In this document: positions 48,647-61,226 of the stretch, one piece after another
Layout: the number at the start of each line of letters is the position of its first letter
Numbering within the stretch: the stretch's first letter is position 1
NCBI GenBank assembly: GCA_951406725.2
Contig: OX597823.1
Coordinates: 100,750,001-100,814,000 of the forward strand
Length of the DNA: 64,000 nucleotides
Reading direction: 5' to 3'
Source: Octopus vulgaris
Taxonomy: Eukaryota
Notes under the pieces: generated by a model
Databases searched by the model: none
What the model was told of the DNA's origin: nothing
Seen by the model: the letters and a program-made list of their open reading frames with translations, nothing else
Program-made: the position numbers and the translations under genes

Positions 48647-49100
48647 GTAGAGTGGAGTGAAAGCATTTGAAGAGGCCAGGATAACACAAGTAAGACTCAA
48701 AAGAGATCTAAGGAAGAATGTAACGATCGAGAAGGTGAATGACAATAACGTTTTTGTGTGCACAGTCTGTGACAGACCTTGCCTGTCTTTTGCTGGCCTC
48801 AAATCTCACCTGTGAATCCATGGAAAACAAACTTCCACCAACTATTCTGCCTATATGTCTGTGCACAACATTGAATGCAGTGTATGCCAGAAGGTTTGCA
48901 AATACAGCAGAGGCCTCAAGCGACATTTTAAGATCCACAAAGAGCAGAACTTATCTGCAGCTCTTGGTGGTCCAAATCGGATATGTAATCTATGTCAGAA
49001 CATTGTCTGGTTTAAAAAGCCACATCAGATGCCATGATGGTGCTATGGTGTAGGTAGAGGAGGTGGTCAAACTGTGCATAAGGAGTAGACAACCACCATA
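48643..49100 (+). pseudogene. 3' end of an RTE-type LINE ORF with three C2H2 zinc fingers
   Basis: GVKAFEEAR..KRDLRK, then CTVCDRPCLSFAGLKSHL*IH, CSVCQKVCKYSRGLKRHFKIH and CNLC..(frameshift)..GLKSHIRCH. Confidence 0.7.
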
Positions 49101-51539
49101 TATATGTGGTGCCCCAGCCACTAGCATAGGTAGAGTGTGTACTACCCGGTAAAACGCCCCCCCCCCAGTCATGTTAGTGGTTCCAGCATGGCCACATTCA
49201 TATGACTGAAACAATTAAAAGATATACACACACACATGTATATATGTATGTATGTCTGTATGTATGTATGTGTGTATCTACATGTACAATCACATCACAC
49301 ATCGTCAGCATCATTAATTCGTGTCCAATTATTAATATACACAAGCAAACATACACATATGTATGTATTCAAGTACTTACATTTCCACTATTCTGTTTAT
49401 AATTCCTCTCCATCTTTTATGGCAATCATTACCTAACTCAGGTGATGGTGATTAAGAAAAAGAATTCTCAACGAACAATTGATGCCATAGCAACACCATA
49501 TCATAAACACTTCAAGACATGCATCTGCGCCCCTTGTTATGATTTGCGTCTTGTCATCTGTTCGCCGTCATGCCGCAATGCCACCAACGTGATATTTGCC
49601 TTCCAGCTATTATCTTTTTTTTTTTAATATCCGTTTACATTAGCTGTTAGTCCCGATGCGTGCTTTGGATTCTCTCTGTCTGTCTGTCTGTCTCTCTCTT
49701 TTCCTATGTATGTATGCATGTATTTGTCTGTCTATCTTTCCACCCTCCCTATTTCTATGTTGTCTCACTCTCTTTCTCTCTGTCTCTGCATTATCTAACT
49801 CAGTTTTCTCCCTCCTCTCTCTCATTCTCCTATTGTATCTATATATCTGTCAGTCTGTCTGTCTATTTGCCTCTCTATTTCTATCCGTCTACCTACCTAC
49901 CTATATCTATCTGTTTTCTGTCTGTTCGTATCTTACTCTCTCTCTCTCTCTCTCTGTCATGTCGCTCTTTCTCTGCGTTGACTCAATCTCTATCTGTCTG
50001 CATTGTCTCTCCCTTTGCCTATATTCTCTCTGTCTGTGTGCTCTCTCTGCATTGTCTGACTCCCTGTTTCTCTTCCTCACTCTATCACCACATTTCTTTT
50101 TGTCCTCCAGTTCTGTTTAGTCGTATGCGTTTAAGTTTATAAACACTTGGAATCATACTCCATTTGAGTGGATGAAACACACACACACACAACCATTCTA
50201 AAGAACAGAGTCGAACGCGTTTTAGTGAGCAAAAAAAAAAAAACACGTAATTTCTTAGGATTTTCTTTGGAACAGATTACAGCAAAAAGGGTAGTGGTGG
50301 TGGTGTTTTTTTTGCCCCATTCTTGTTATTTTTTAGTTTTTTGCTTTTTTTTCAGATTTATAATTCGTTTTTAATGGTGAAACTCGAAGTAGATAAAGCT
50401 ACAAATAATAGCATGCAAAAATTTGGTTTAAAAACCCTTCAGCTAGGAAAAAGTAGGAGGGGGCTTGTGGGATACGAACCCACATCACTTGTAAGCTCCC
50501 AATTTTTTCTGATCAAGGGTTTTTTTCGGCACATTAGATACTTTTCCGACTCATTTCTTTAGGATCACCGTGTGTGTGAGTAAGGGAGAGAGAGGGGGAG
50601 AGGGAGGGAGAGAGGGAGGGAGAGTGCGTGAAAGCGAAAGAAAAACGAGAATAGCTCGGTGATGGTGCATCGAACAGACAGCAACGAGGAGTAAATTTTG
50701 CTGTGCTGTGCATAACGAATACAGCTTTTACAACACTGAATTAACGACAGCGAGATCAACACTACTACTACTACTAAAAATAACAGCAGCAACAGCAACA
50801 ACAACAACCATCTATAAACAACGAACCACCTGGTCACTTCTCACATTGAATGAAGACCTGGCGAAGCGGGCATCTTTGTCTTCTGCTCACAGACATCAAC
50901 ATTCCTGCAGAGTTTTCTTATCTTTTCTTCTATTTCTCTTCCATCGCTTTCTCTCCATACACTGTTCATTTATCTAACCATTTTCCATCTTTTTCTCCAC
51001 AAACTCTCCATTTATTATTCAAATCCTCTCTTTCAGACTCTAACTTTCACACTCACCTATTCATTATATACTTTTCCTTCCTTTCTTTTCGTCTCCAATT
51101 CGCCTTCTACATCGCATATGGCGGCACACACACACATACACGAACGTACGTCCACTTTCCCATGCTTGCGTGGATCAGATAGAGTTTACTGAGGCAAATT
51201 TTCTACGACCAGATGCTTATCTTGTCGTCAGCTTTTGCCTGTGTAACTGGTTATATCACCGTTAGATTATTAAAACTTTGTGACATTAAAACTTATGCAT
51301 CATAAAAATCAACGGAAAAAAGAAAGCTATTTCTTAAAGATTTGACTTTCCTGTTAATTCAACGTAAGGGTCAGTATACAAAAAGCTGTAGGAGTCGGCT
51401 GTTCTACAGTGGTGAGGGAGAAAACAACACTGACTAGGTACGGTCCCAGGAATTTTCCGAAGGGAGGGTACAAGATCAGAAGAGAATACAATTCTGGGAG
51501 AGGTGAAAGTGAGTCACCCTGGAAAAAACAACAGTTGAT

Positions 51540-51829
51540 TGTGGGATGACGTCAGCAGTTGGACGTCAGCAGCTGGGTGCGTTGACCGGAAGCTGGGGCA
51601 ACCAGAAGGGGCAGCTGTGAGGCGTGCGTAGGCAGCGGGCAATTGGGCCTTTTTTCCAACGTGGGTCGTCCAGGTGACAAGACGTGTGAGGACGTCGCTA
51701 AGGGTTTGGGCTAGCAGCTGCTATCGTTAGTGTTCGGGTCGGGGCTGAGTCGAAGGACTAGTTACCACTGGAGGGTCTCCGTCACGAAGAAGAGAAGGTA
51801 GGTGCCTTTATATTCAAATCGCGCACACA
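51540..51829 (+). repeat. 5' LTR (290 bp)
   Basis: Matches 55478-55751 except for a 16-bp indel and a few substitutions. Confidence 0.93.
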
Positions 51830-51874
51830 CCACAAGCTATTTCGGCCGTTCTTAAACATTTACATTTCAACACG

Positions 51875-52590
51875 ATGTCTGCAAAAATTAGGATCGCCAG
51901 CGACGTCGTCAGACCTTTTAATGGCGAAGGCGATGTAGTGGCCTGGATTCGCAAAATCAGGCTGGTGGCAAGACTACAAGGTATAAGCGATGTGGCGAGT
52001 CTTATGGCGCTGTATTTAGAAGGGAGCGCTTTAACGCTATACCTAGAGATGGATGAAGAGGAACGGCTCAGCGAGGAGAACATAGAGCGACGCTTGCGGG
52101 ATGCCTACACGGAATGCGAATACACAGCTTTTGCTAAGCTAGGTGCAATCACTAGGTGCAATCAGGTGGACGGGAGGCCAAGTGGATGACTATGCATCAG
52201 AAGTTAGAAGGTTAGCGACTCTGGCTGGGTTTGCAGGAGAAGGGCTGGAGAGAGCAGCCCGGCTGGCGTTTGTGAATGGGTTCCCCGACGATGTAGGGAT
52301 TCACCTACAACGACTGCCCGGGATTAAAAAGATGCCGCTGAGCGAACTTGTGGCTCAGGCTCGCGTGTTGACGAGACACTCTGGGCGGAAGGCGATAGCG
52401 ATGGCGGTGACGGAGGCGCGTAAAGACGGACGACGTCCCGAGAAAGACGTACAGAAGACCATGCAACGAGAGCGGCCGTTCTCAGGACGGTGTTTTAGAT
52501 GCCAGGGACCACACATGGCGCGGGACTGTACGCAGCCGGGGCCCGTTTGCTATTGATGCAGGCAGACAGGGCACATTGTCCATGATTGCG
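51875..52590 (+). pseudogene. gag with two CCHC knuckles (frameshifted by a 13-bp duplication at 52139-52164)
   Basis: PFNGEGDVVAW, CFRCQGPHMARDC, CY*CRQTGHIVHDC. Confidence 0.85.
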
Positions 52591-52639
52591 ACCAGGGAAA
52601 CGACCGCGGGGAAGTTGCTGCCTCTCGAACTTTCCCCGC

Positions 52640-54521
52640 AAACGAGTAGAGGCGCTATTGGAGACGCTGCCATTGATTGACGTGGAGGCCGAGGGGAAGA
52701 CGTTCAAGGCCCTCGTGGATACGGGCTGTACGACCACCCTTGTGACTTCGAGGGTGACGAAGGAATGGAACGGGGTGAGTAGTGTCCGGGCGGTCGACGG
52801 CAGCGAAATCCGTTGCAGAGGCAGCAGCAAGGTAGAGATAGTGGTGCGCGGCGCGACGCTAAGGCTGCAGGCAATTGTGGCCGAACGCGTGATAGATGGA
52901 GTTGATGTGGTGATGGGGATGGACGCCATCAACTGCCTCGGTGGCGTCAGTGTTGTGGGAAATGAGGTCACGTTCGGAAGCGTGGGGGCGTCGTGCACTG
53001 CGAGTCAGGATCGCCAGAGAGAGCAGAGCCTCGCGATGCTCCGCTTACACCATCGAGGACAAAGACTTTCAGGCGGCGTTCGATGGTCAGCGGTGGACGA
53101 TAGAGTGGCGATGGAAGGACGAGCCCCCGACGCTGGAAAACAGGGTGAGCTGTTACCAGCATACCCTGAAAGGCCACGCCAGGGTCGAGTTTGAAGACGA
53201 AGTGGAGAGGTGGATCGAGGAAGGGGTCCTTGTCCCTTAGAAGGAGGAGGTAGCGGGCGGAGTGCTACCAATGATGGCGGTGGTGCAGCCTACGAAGGGA
53301 AAAGTCAGACCGGTGCTGGACTTCAGGGAGCTAAACCAGTACATATCGTGTCACACGGGAGGTGAGGCGACAGACGTTTGTGGCGAGGCGTTACGTAAGT
53401 GGAGACAGTCGACCGAGGCAGTGACGATTGTTGACTTGAGATCGGCATACTTGCAGCTCCATGTGAGCGACAAACTGTGGCGATATCAGCTGGTGCGGTA
53501 CAAGGGCCGAACGTACTGTTTAACCAGGCTGGATTTCGGGCTGAATTCCGCTCCGAAGATCATGGCGGCAGTGCTTAGGTCAGTCCTAGGGAAAGACGGC
53601 AAGATTAGAAAGGCCACCAGCTCCTACATTGACGACATTTTGGTGGACGAAACTGTAGTGCCAGCCGACGAGGTAGTTAGACATCTGGAGAAGTTCGGAC
53701 TGATTGCTAAGCCACCGGAGTCGATTGAAGGGGGAGCCACGCTGGGGCTGAAGCTGCGAAGAGATGGATCGGGTGAATTGGTGTTCCGGAGAGGAAATGA
53801 AATCCCAGAGCTGAGTTCCAGCGTCAGCAGGAGAGAGAGCTGTTCTCGGTGTGTGGGAAGTTGGTCGGTCACTACCCGATCGCTGGATGGCTGCGCACGG
53901 CGTGTAGTTACACCAAGAGACGAGCAGAAGGGGAGAGGTGGGGCGACAAGGTGGGAGAAGGTGGCGATGATGCAGGAAATCCTAGAGAGGTCGAGAGCGG
54001 AAGACCCGGTCAGGGGGAACTGGTACGTGCCCAAGACGGAATGCGGGACCGTCTGGTGTGATGCTAGCAGTATAGCGATAGGGGTGGTATTGGCAATCGA
54101 AGGCGATGCGGTGGAGGACGCGGCCTGGCTTCGGAAAGCAGATGATTTCAACCACATCAATGTCGCCGAATTAGACGCGCTGCTGAAAGTGGTGAACTTG
54201 GCCTTGAAATGGGGGCTGCGCACGATTGAAATCCGGACGGATTCGGCCACTGTGCTTGGCTGGGTAGGATCGGTGATCACCGGTGACAGGAGAGTGCGGA
54301 CGAAAGGTGCTGCGGAGATGTTAGTGAAGCGCCGTCTAGGAGTTCTAGGTGAATTGATCGCCGAGTTCGGACTGAAGCTGAACGTGGTTTTCGTGCCTTC
54401 GGAGAAAAACAGGGCGGACGTACTGACCAGGGTGAAAAGAGCGTGGTTGGAAGAACCGGAGGAGGCCCGGAAAGGGATAGCTACGGCGTGTCGGTTGGAT
54501 GACTCTGTACCAAAAAACTGA
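52640..54521 (+). pseudogene. pol: aspartic protease, RT and RNase H (several disablements)
   Basis: ALVDTG; VRPVLDFRELN, VDLRSAYLQ, FGLNSAP, YIDDIL; CDASS, HINVAELDA, TDSATV, NRADVLTR. Confidence 0.9.
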
Positions 54522-55464
54522 CTCTGAACTGAAGAAACTGCATGCTATGCATCACCTGGGTGTGGACAGGACCCTGTATCTGGCGAAGAAAATTGATGCT
54601 GACGTCACTAGGAGAAGCGTCCGGAAGGTGGTCGGGAGCTGCGACAGGTGTCAGTCCATCGACCCTGCTCCGTGTGGGCATGAACAGGGAAGTCTTTCCG
54701 TGGAGCAGAACTGGAAAAGGCTAGCTGTGGATGTGACACACTACCGTCAGCGAATGTACCTCTCCATGGTCGACTGCGGGCCGGGCCGGCTGGCCATTTG
54801 GAGGGAGTTGAGATCGGGCATTGCTGACGAGATCGCGCAGATCCTGAAAGGGATATTTTTAGAGAGAGGTCCCGTGGAAGAACTACTGATGGACAACGGG
54901 GCGGCGTTTCGTTCGGAAGCATTGAGGGTTATGCTTGATCGGTGGAATGTGCGACGCTTGTTCAGAGCAGCGTATAGGCCGAGTGGTAACGGGATCGTGG
55001 AGAGGCACCATCGGACAGTCAAGGCCATAGCGGAAAGAGGGCACATTTCGCCACTTGAAGCAGTTTTTTGGTACAACTTGTCTCCCCGACCCGGACAAGC
55101 TGAGGAATCTGTGCTGCAGAGAGCTGTGTTCAAATATGAATGGAGGCACCCGAGCAAAGCGCCGGAGGGTCACGAGGAAGAGAAGGGACCCGTTCGCGTG
55201 AAAATAGGGGAGGAAGTCTGGGTTAAGCCACCAAAGGCGCGCTGTACGTCTCAATGGAGCAGAGGAACGGTGACGGCGGTCAATTCCAGAAACAACGTAT
55301 CCGTAGATGGAACACCACGACACGTCTTGGACCTTCGCAGGATTGTCGCTTCGACGGACGATGATTCTGGTGAGGTGCCCAGCTTGAGAAGATCTCGACG
55401 AGCAAGGCGCTCTCCCGGCTGGATGGTGGACTACGACGTGGAGCGGAAAGATTGTGATCTTTAA
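54499..55464 (+). CDS. Integrase (HHCC plus DDE)
   Basis: HAMHHLG..CDRC, AVDVTH, MDNGAAF, GNGIVERHHRT. Confidence 0.88.
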   Translation: MTLYQKTDSELKKLHAMHHLGVDRTLYLAKKIDADVTRRSVRKVVGSCDRCQSIDPAPCGHEQGSLSVEQNWKRLAVDVTHYRQRMYLSMVDCGPGRLAIWRELRSGIADEIAQILKGIFLERGPVEELLMDNGAAFRSEALRVMLDRWNVRRLFRAAYRPSGNGIVERHHRTVKAIAERGHISPLEAVFWYNLSPRPGQAEESVLQRAVFKYEWRHPSKAPEGHEEEKGPVRVKIGEEVWVKPPKARCTSQWSRGTVTAVNSRNNVSVDGTPRHVLDLRRIVASTDDDSGEVPSLRRSRRARRSPGWMVDYDVERKDCDL

Positions 55465-55477
55465 GATCAGGGTGGCG

Positions 55478-55751
55478 TGTGGGATGATGTCAGCAGCTGG
55501 ACGTCAGCAGCTGGGTGCGTTGACCGGAAGGGGCAGCTGTGAGGCGTGCGCAGGCAGCGGGCAATTGGGCCTTTTTTCCAACGTGGGTCGTCCAGGTGAC
55601 AAGACGTGTGAGGACGTCGCTAAGGGTTTGGGCTAGCAGCTGCTATCGTTAGTGTTCGGGTCAGGGCTGTGTCGAAGGACTAGTTACCACTGGAGGGTCT
55701 CCGTCACGAAGAAGAGAAGGTAGGTGCCTTTATATTCAAATCGCGCACACA
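55478..55751 (+). repeat. 3' LTR (274 bp)
   Basis: See 5' LTR. Confidence 0.93.
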
Positions 55752-55869
55752 TTTAATATTGTTTGAAGTCAGTAGACCATAAGAGTGATGTAATTGGAGA
55801 TTCCTATCTCACACTGACATGTTGTGCTTCAGGAAGTTTGAAATCGCAGGAGAAATTTTGAACATATCC

Positions 55870-57230
55870 AATGATTTCAAGATCCATGAACGCGGTATGC
55901 TGTCAAAGGCCTTTTTATAATCAGTCTATGTGGAACTGAGATTTCTGCGTTTATGACAGTTCTCAAGGATCATGTGATTTATTACATCCATTTGAACCCC
56001 GTCGGCACCCCATTTGTTCAGTGGAGAAAATATCGTTCTATTCTATAAATGAGTATATTTTCCCCACGACGATGGATGTTAAAATTTATCATTATTATTA
56101 TTATTTATTATTTTTTCACTGCTTCTATCGCTGGAGATGTATGACGGTGCCAGCTGTTCACTACCAGTGAACTAAGGTAACACCCCTTATTTTGCGAGCA
56201 CCATCCGGAGTATTCGAGCGGTTCGAAGCAGTGCTGTTTTCTGCAAGTGCTCCACCCTTATTGCAGCCCTTTTTTGTTCCATGTACTTATCATGATTTTT
56301 ACTCATTGTTCCCAGGGCTCCGACAGTTATTGGCACTACTACTACCTTTTTCATCTTATATTCTTTCTGGGCTAGTGGCGTACATTGACTGGTAATATGC
56401 CATACGGTTTCACCGTTTTGTCCTCAGATTCTGCACTTATCACTTTCTGCTGTGTTGTCTATTCTGTATTTGAAGTAATTGGCTCTTAATGCTTGTTCTT
56501 GGGTAGCACAGATTAGAGCTTCCGTTTCCGGTTTTAAGTGTTTTAGTCATCCATAGTCATCTTTTTTCTCTGTCTGTCTTATCTTCAACATCTCTATGAA
56601 ATTGTCCATGCATTCTTTTCTTTACCCACCTATTTTCAGTTTCATTCATTCTCAAGTGCTTGTACAGCGCTTTATCTTTGCAATCTTCCATCCTACACAA
56701 GCCTGACCTTCTTACTTCTAATAATAGCGGTTCTGTGGCATTTTTTACATACCGTGCTATGTTGTTTTCTTCTGCTCTAATGCTGTGTTCGCATCCAGTC
56801 AGTCCTCTTCCCTCTCTTTTTCTTGGTACATACAGTCTGTGTGTGTCACTTTTTAGGTGGAGTATCCCATATCTTGTCAGCAACTTCCTTGTCTTTCCGT
56901 CTAAGTTGTTTAGTTTGTCTACTGTCCATACCATACCATTACCCCTCCTCTATACCTAAGGAGTGAAACCGTTCTTATTCCGTCCGTTTAATTTCGACTT
57001 AAGGATCAGTCTCAGCCTGCGCAAGTACTCCACCTTAAATTTTTTGTCATTTCTTTCTCCATCAATTTATCCATTTCCAATATCACCAAGTACTTATAGC
57101 CCGTCTCTTTTATTTGCCTCATAACCTTCGCGAATTTTGCCTCTCTTGAAGACTAACACACCACACTTATTCAGTCCGAACTCCAATCTGATATCAGCAC
57201 TGAAAATATACACTGTATCAACGAGGGAAC
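55870..57230 (-). mobile_element. R4/Dong-like LINE fragments with restriction-like endonuclease end and (TAA)n tail near 56090-56110
   Basis: LDGKTRKLLT..KSDTHRLYVPRK..GRGL, MHGQF, VVPITVGALG, LQKTALL; a second RT piece (DYKKAFDS) at 55870-56085. Confidence 0.75.
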
Positions 57231-57234
57231 TGAC

Positions 57235-58200
57235 GAAGGGTGCATTGTCAGAGCTAAGGCCCGTGCGCTAAACTCAAAGGGATTAAAGCCATCCGATGGA
57301 CACGAACGGTAGAGACGCGACGTGGAAACAAAACCACGATCAAGTCTTTCACGGATCAGGACGGACGCGTGCTACACAGTTCTGAGCAGTTACGGGCGGT
57401 TTTCTAGCAGCGCTTTGCAGGGCTGTTTGGGGAGCGTGATGAGTCGACGAAGGTAGCAGACTTTGCTTCGTATCTGGACGGCTTACCACGGTTCACAGTA
57501 ACGGACGCGAGATTCTGCGAAAAGCCAACTGCAGCCACTGAAATACGGGAGGCGACGAGTGATTGCACAAGTCGCAAATCGCCCGGTTTGAATGGTCTGC
57601 CCTACGAATTCTATGTATTCATGCCAAATTTGTTTGGCAGCCTCTTGGCAGACGTCTACAGTAACTGGCAGGAAAACGAGAAAATTCCTAGTGTTGTTAG
57701 CTGAGAAAGGACGTCGACAATGGGTACGTGCTAGGGAATTTTCGGCCCATAACTCTGCTATACACAGAGTTTAGGATTTTGGCCAAGGTGTTAGCGGAAA
57801 GATTGGCGCTAGTTGTCGGTAGTCAGATCATGGAGACACAAAAGTGCGCAATCCCGAGCAGGTCTATCCACGGCAATCTCCATCTTATGCGATACATCGT
57901 AGAGAGGACTGGGACTAAAGCTAGTTTCGGTGAGGCTCTGATCAATTTAGATCAGTCGAAAGCTTTTGATAGGATCGACCATCGTTATTTGAAAGCCGTC
58001 CTTAAGCGGCTGATTTCGGACCCGTTTTCAGAGGCTGGATTGCTGCAATGCACAGCGGCACCTGCTCGGTGGCCCAATTAAACGGAACCATTTAGTATCG
58101 CATGCTCGGTCTCTCAGGGCTGCTCGCTGTCACTTCTTCTATATGTGCTGGCTATTGAGCCACGGATACTGAAGTTGGAACAGTTAAGAAGCCTCCCTTT
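57235..58200 (+). pseudogene. Tx1/L1-type LINE RT fragment
   Basis: KSPGLNGLPYEFY, NFRPITLL, ILAKVLAERL, LDQSKAFDRIDH, SQGCSLS. Confidence 0.85.
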
Positions 58201-58332
58201 CGAAATTGGACTCTGAAGTAGAGACAGTCGGCCCTATAGTAACAGAATATGTGTCGGTTGCAGGGGCCAAAGTCAACGTCGACAAGTTGATGATTTGAAT
58301 GAAATCGGTTGGGTAGTTCTCGAATTTTAAGG

Positions 58333-58400
<68 letters not shown>

Positions 58401-58436
58401 TGACACACGTTCTTAGTTATATATATATATATATAT

Positions 58437-59778
58437 AAACTTACTTGGAGAAATAAGAAAGTGACGCGAGGCGTTCAATCATATAATAACAGTTTAACAA
58501 ATAAAACATATACATACATACATATATGTACATACCTACATCTATATGTATATATACATGCATATATATATATATATGAGTACAGGACACCACAAATAAA
58601 CGTAGAACACAACGAGAAACGAAAACATAAAAACAAACAAGGAAACGGACTTTTTTTAACAACGAAAAAACAGAGTACAAGACAAACAATACAAGGAATA
58701 TTCCCCTTCATCAGCTGCCTCTGGTTCGACTCAATGCGTGTTTCGAAGGTAAGGGCAGAACACGATCCGGCCGAAGAAATCCTTCCTGCAAAATGAATTA
58801 AATAAAATTCTTTTGCAGAGGAGTAAAAAAAGAGAAAAAAAGTGACAAGAACAGGACGTAAAAGCAATACAAATAAAAATACAGTACACATAAAGAATAA
58901 AAACAGGACAAGGAAACCAACATTAAGGGCTTTTTTAAGCCTAGACGGTGGAAAAATTCGTTGGAACGCAATTCAGAAGATCGACTTGCTAGAGACAGAA
59001 GAAGTCGATGTTGACTTGTTGAAATCTGCGAGCAAAAGGAAGTTTAGTAGTCCGGTCAGCGACCAGAGAGAGAGAGATAGAGAGGAAAAGAAACCAGAAA
59101 GGGTGAAAAATAAGAAGGAGAGAGACAGGTAGAGAGGAAGACAGACAGGCAGGAAGGAAAGGTCAAGTAAAGGGTTAAAGAGTGCGCGTCATAATTATTA
59201 ATAAAAACTTACTTGGAGAAATAAGAAAGTGACGCGAGGTGTTCAATCATATAATAACAAATTAACAAATGCATACATACATACATATATGTACATACCT
59301 ACATCTATATGTATATATACATGCACATATATATATATATGTGGAAACGGACTTTTTTTAACAACGAAAAAACAGAGTACAAGACAAACAATACAAGGAA
59401 TATTCCCCTTCATCAGCTGCCCCTGGTTCGTCCACCGTCTAGGCTTTAAAAAGCCCTTAATGTTGGTTTCCTTGTCCTGTTTTTATTTTTTATGTGTACT
59501 GTATTTTTATTTGTATTGCTTTTACGTCCTGTTCTTGTCACTTTTTTTCTCTTTTTTTACCTCTCTGCAAAAGAACTTTATTTAATTCATTTTGCAGGAA
59601 GGACTTCTTCGGCCGGATCGTGTTCTGAGTCGAACCAGGGGCAGCTGATGAAGGGGAATATTCCTTGTATTGTTTGTCTTGTACTCTGTTTTTTCGTTGT
59701 TAAAAAAAGTCCGTTTCCTTGTTTGTTTTTATGTTTTCGTTTCTCGTTGTGTTCTACGTTTATTTGTGGTGTCCTGTA

Positions 59779-59835
<57 letters not shown>

Positions 59836-59884
59836 CTGTAATTGTTCCACGTGTTGTTGTTTTTTCTGTTTTCCCGTTTGGATT

Positions 59885-59939
<55 letters not shown>

Positions 59940-60005
59940 GCATGTATATATACATATAGACGTAGGTATGTACATATATGTATGTATGTATGTATGCATA
60001 TGTTT

Positions 60006-60010
<5 letters not shown>
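58437..60010 (-). mobile_element. Non-coding 768-bp unit in partial tandem (58437-59204, 59205-59430) plus inverted arm (59431-60010)
   Basis: Direct repeat offset of 768 bp; 59431-59785 is the reverse complement of about 58577-58952; PLE-like architecture with no ORF. Confidence 0.8.
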
Positions 60011-60060
<50 letters not shown>

Positions 60061-60159
60061 AAAAAATTAGAATGTATAGATATACAGCACAAGCATCTCC
60101 GTGCTGTATAGATATACTTTAATCTTAGCGCCCTTACTGATGGCAAATTAATTTATTTG

Positions 60160-60920
60160 CCCATTAATGCAGAAATTCCGGATCTTTTCAATTCTGAAGC
60201 CAGGACCACAGATCTTTCTACTTAACTAAATAATCTGAAACTTCGTATGCTGATAGAGTCTAGCAAAACAAGACACATGTTGGAACTAGTTTATTTGAGA
60301 AAAATCTATTTTATGACTTTAATCGTAGATTAAAACTGCGAATTTTAACCAATCAGATTGTTTGTTTTCATGTGTAAAACTTGACTGCATTCTATTAGTG
60401 TGACGTAGAAAGCGCTTTTGTGACGTACTAACGTTCGTTTGAAAACTGTAAACAAACACAGAACGTAACGGCAGACGAAATACGGCTACGCATTTCGCCC
60501 GGCGTGCTAACGTTTCTGCCAGCTCTTTGCTTTTTTAATATTAAATTTCTTGCCTTTTGCACAAATAAATACAATAAGTGAAATGAAACGCATTAGCTTA
60601 GAAACGAAATCTTGTTAGAAGGAGATTTCACGGAGACATGCGGTCTGTTTACATTTAAGATGTTTAATACGTCACCAAATTGGTGGTCGAGACGGAGTAA
60701 ATAAAATAAAGCCGAATGACGGAATATCATTGGTTAAAATTCTAATTATTAAACAACGTTAAACTTAGAAGTTACAATTCCGTTTTCATTCTGGTTTACA
60801 ATTAAATTTACTTTTGACACATTCTACCAGTATACGAAGTTTCAAATTGTTTGGTTCAGTAGGAAAAATTTGAAAAAACTGGCTTCAGAATTGAAAAGAT
60901 CCGAAATTCCAGTATAAGGG
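60160..60920. mobile_element. Non-autonomous DNA transposon with about 100-bp imperfect TIRs
   Basis: cggatcttttcaattctgaagccag..gaaacttcgtat versus atacgaagtttc..ctggcttcagaattgaaaagatccg; CCC/GGG ends. Confidence 0.75.
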
Positions 60921-61191
60921 TAACTATAGAAATATTTTTATTTTTCATTTCATTTGAAATTACTCTTATTCGTGGTTTGGGCTTTAACTGCCCTTTCTAG
61001 CATGTAAGGTGTCCTGTTAAAGGTTACCTCTTTTATATGAGAAATACATATACGTATGTAGTTAATCCAAACAGGAACAAAGAGAAAACAACGCGAGGAC
61101 GTGGAACAAGTATAGTGTTATTGGACGCTCAGGAAAGGAAAGGAAAGGAAAGGAATGAATGAATGAATGAATGAGTGTATGTGTGTGTATT

Positions 61192-61226
<35 letters not shown>

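Larger units (their letters stand above)
51540..55751 (+). mobile_element. Full-length Gypsy/Ty3-type LTR retrotransposon (gag-PR-RT-RH-IN), frameshifted
   Basis: Two TG..CA LTRs, domain order, and a purine-rich tract before the 3' LTR. Confidence 0.93.

Noticed and set aside
51242-51539. Possible older solo LTR hosting the Gypsy insertion (continuing to about 55812)
   Set aside because: TG start and CA end are plausible, but no matching TSD or second copy was found.
53624-55323. Long antisense ORFs in the Gypsy element and LINEs
   Set aside because: Shadow frames of GC-rich coding sequence with no domain signal.
55462-55469. TAAGATCA match to U2 snRNA before the 3' LTR
   Set aside because: Only 8 nt; expected by chance.
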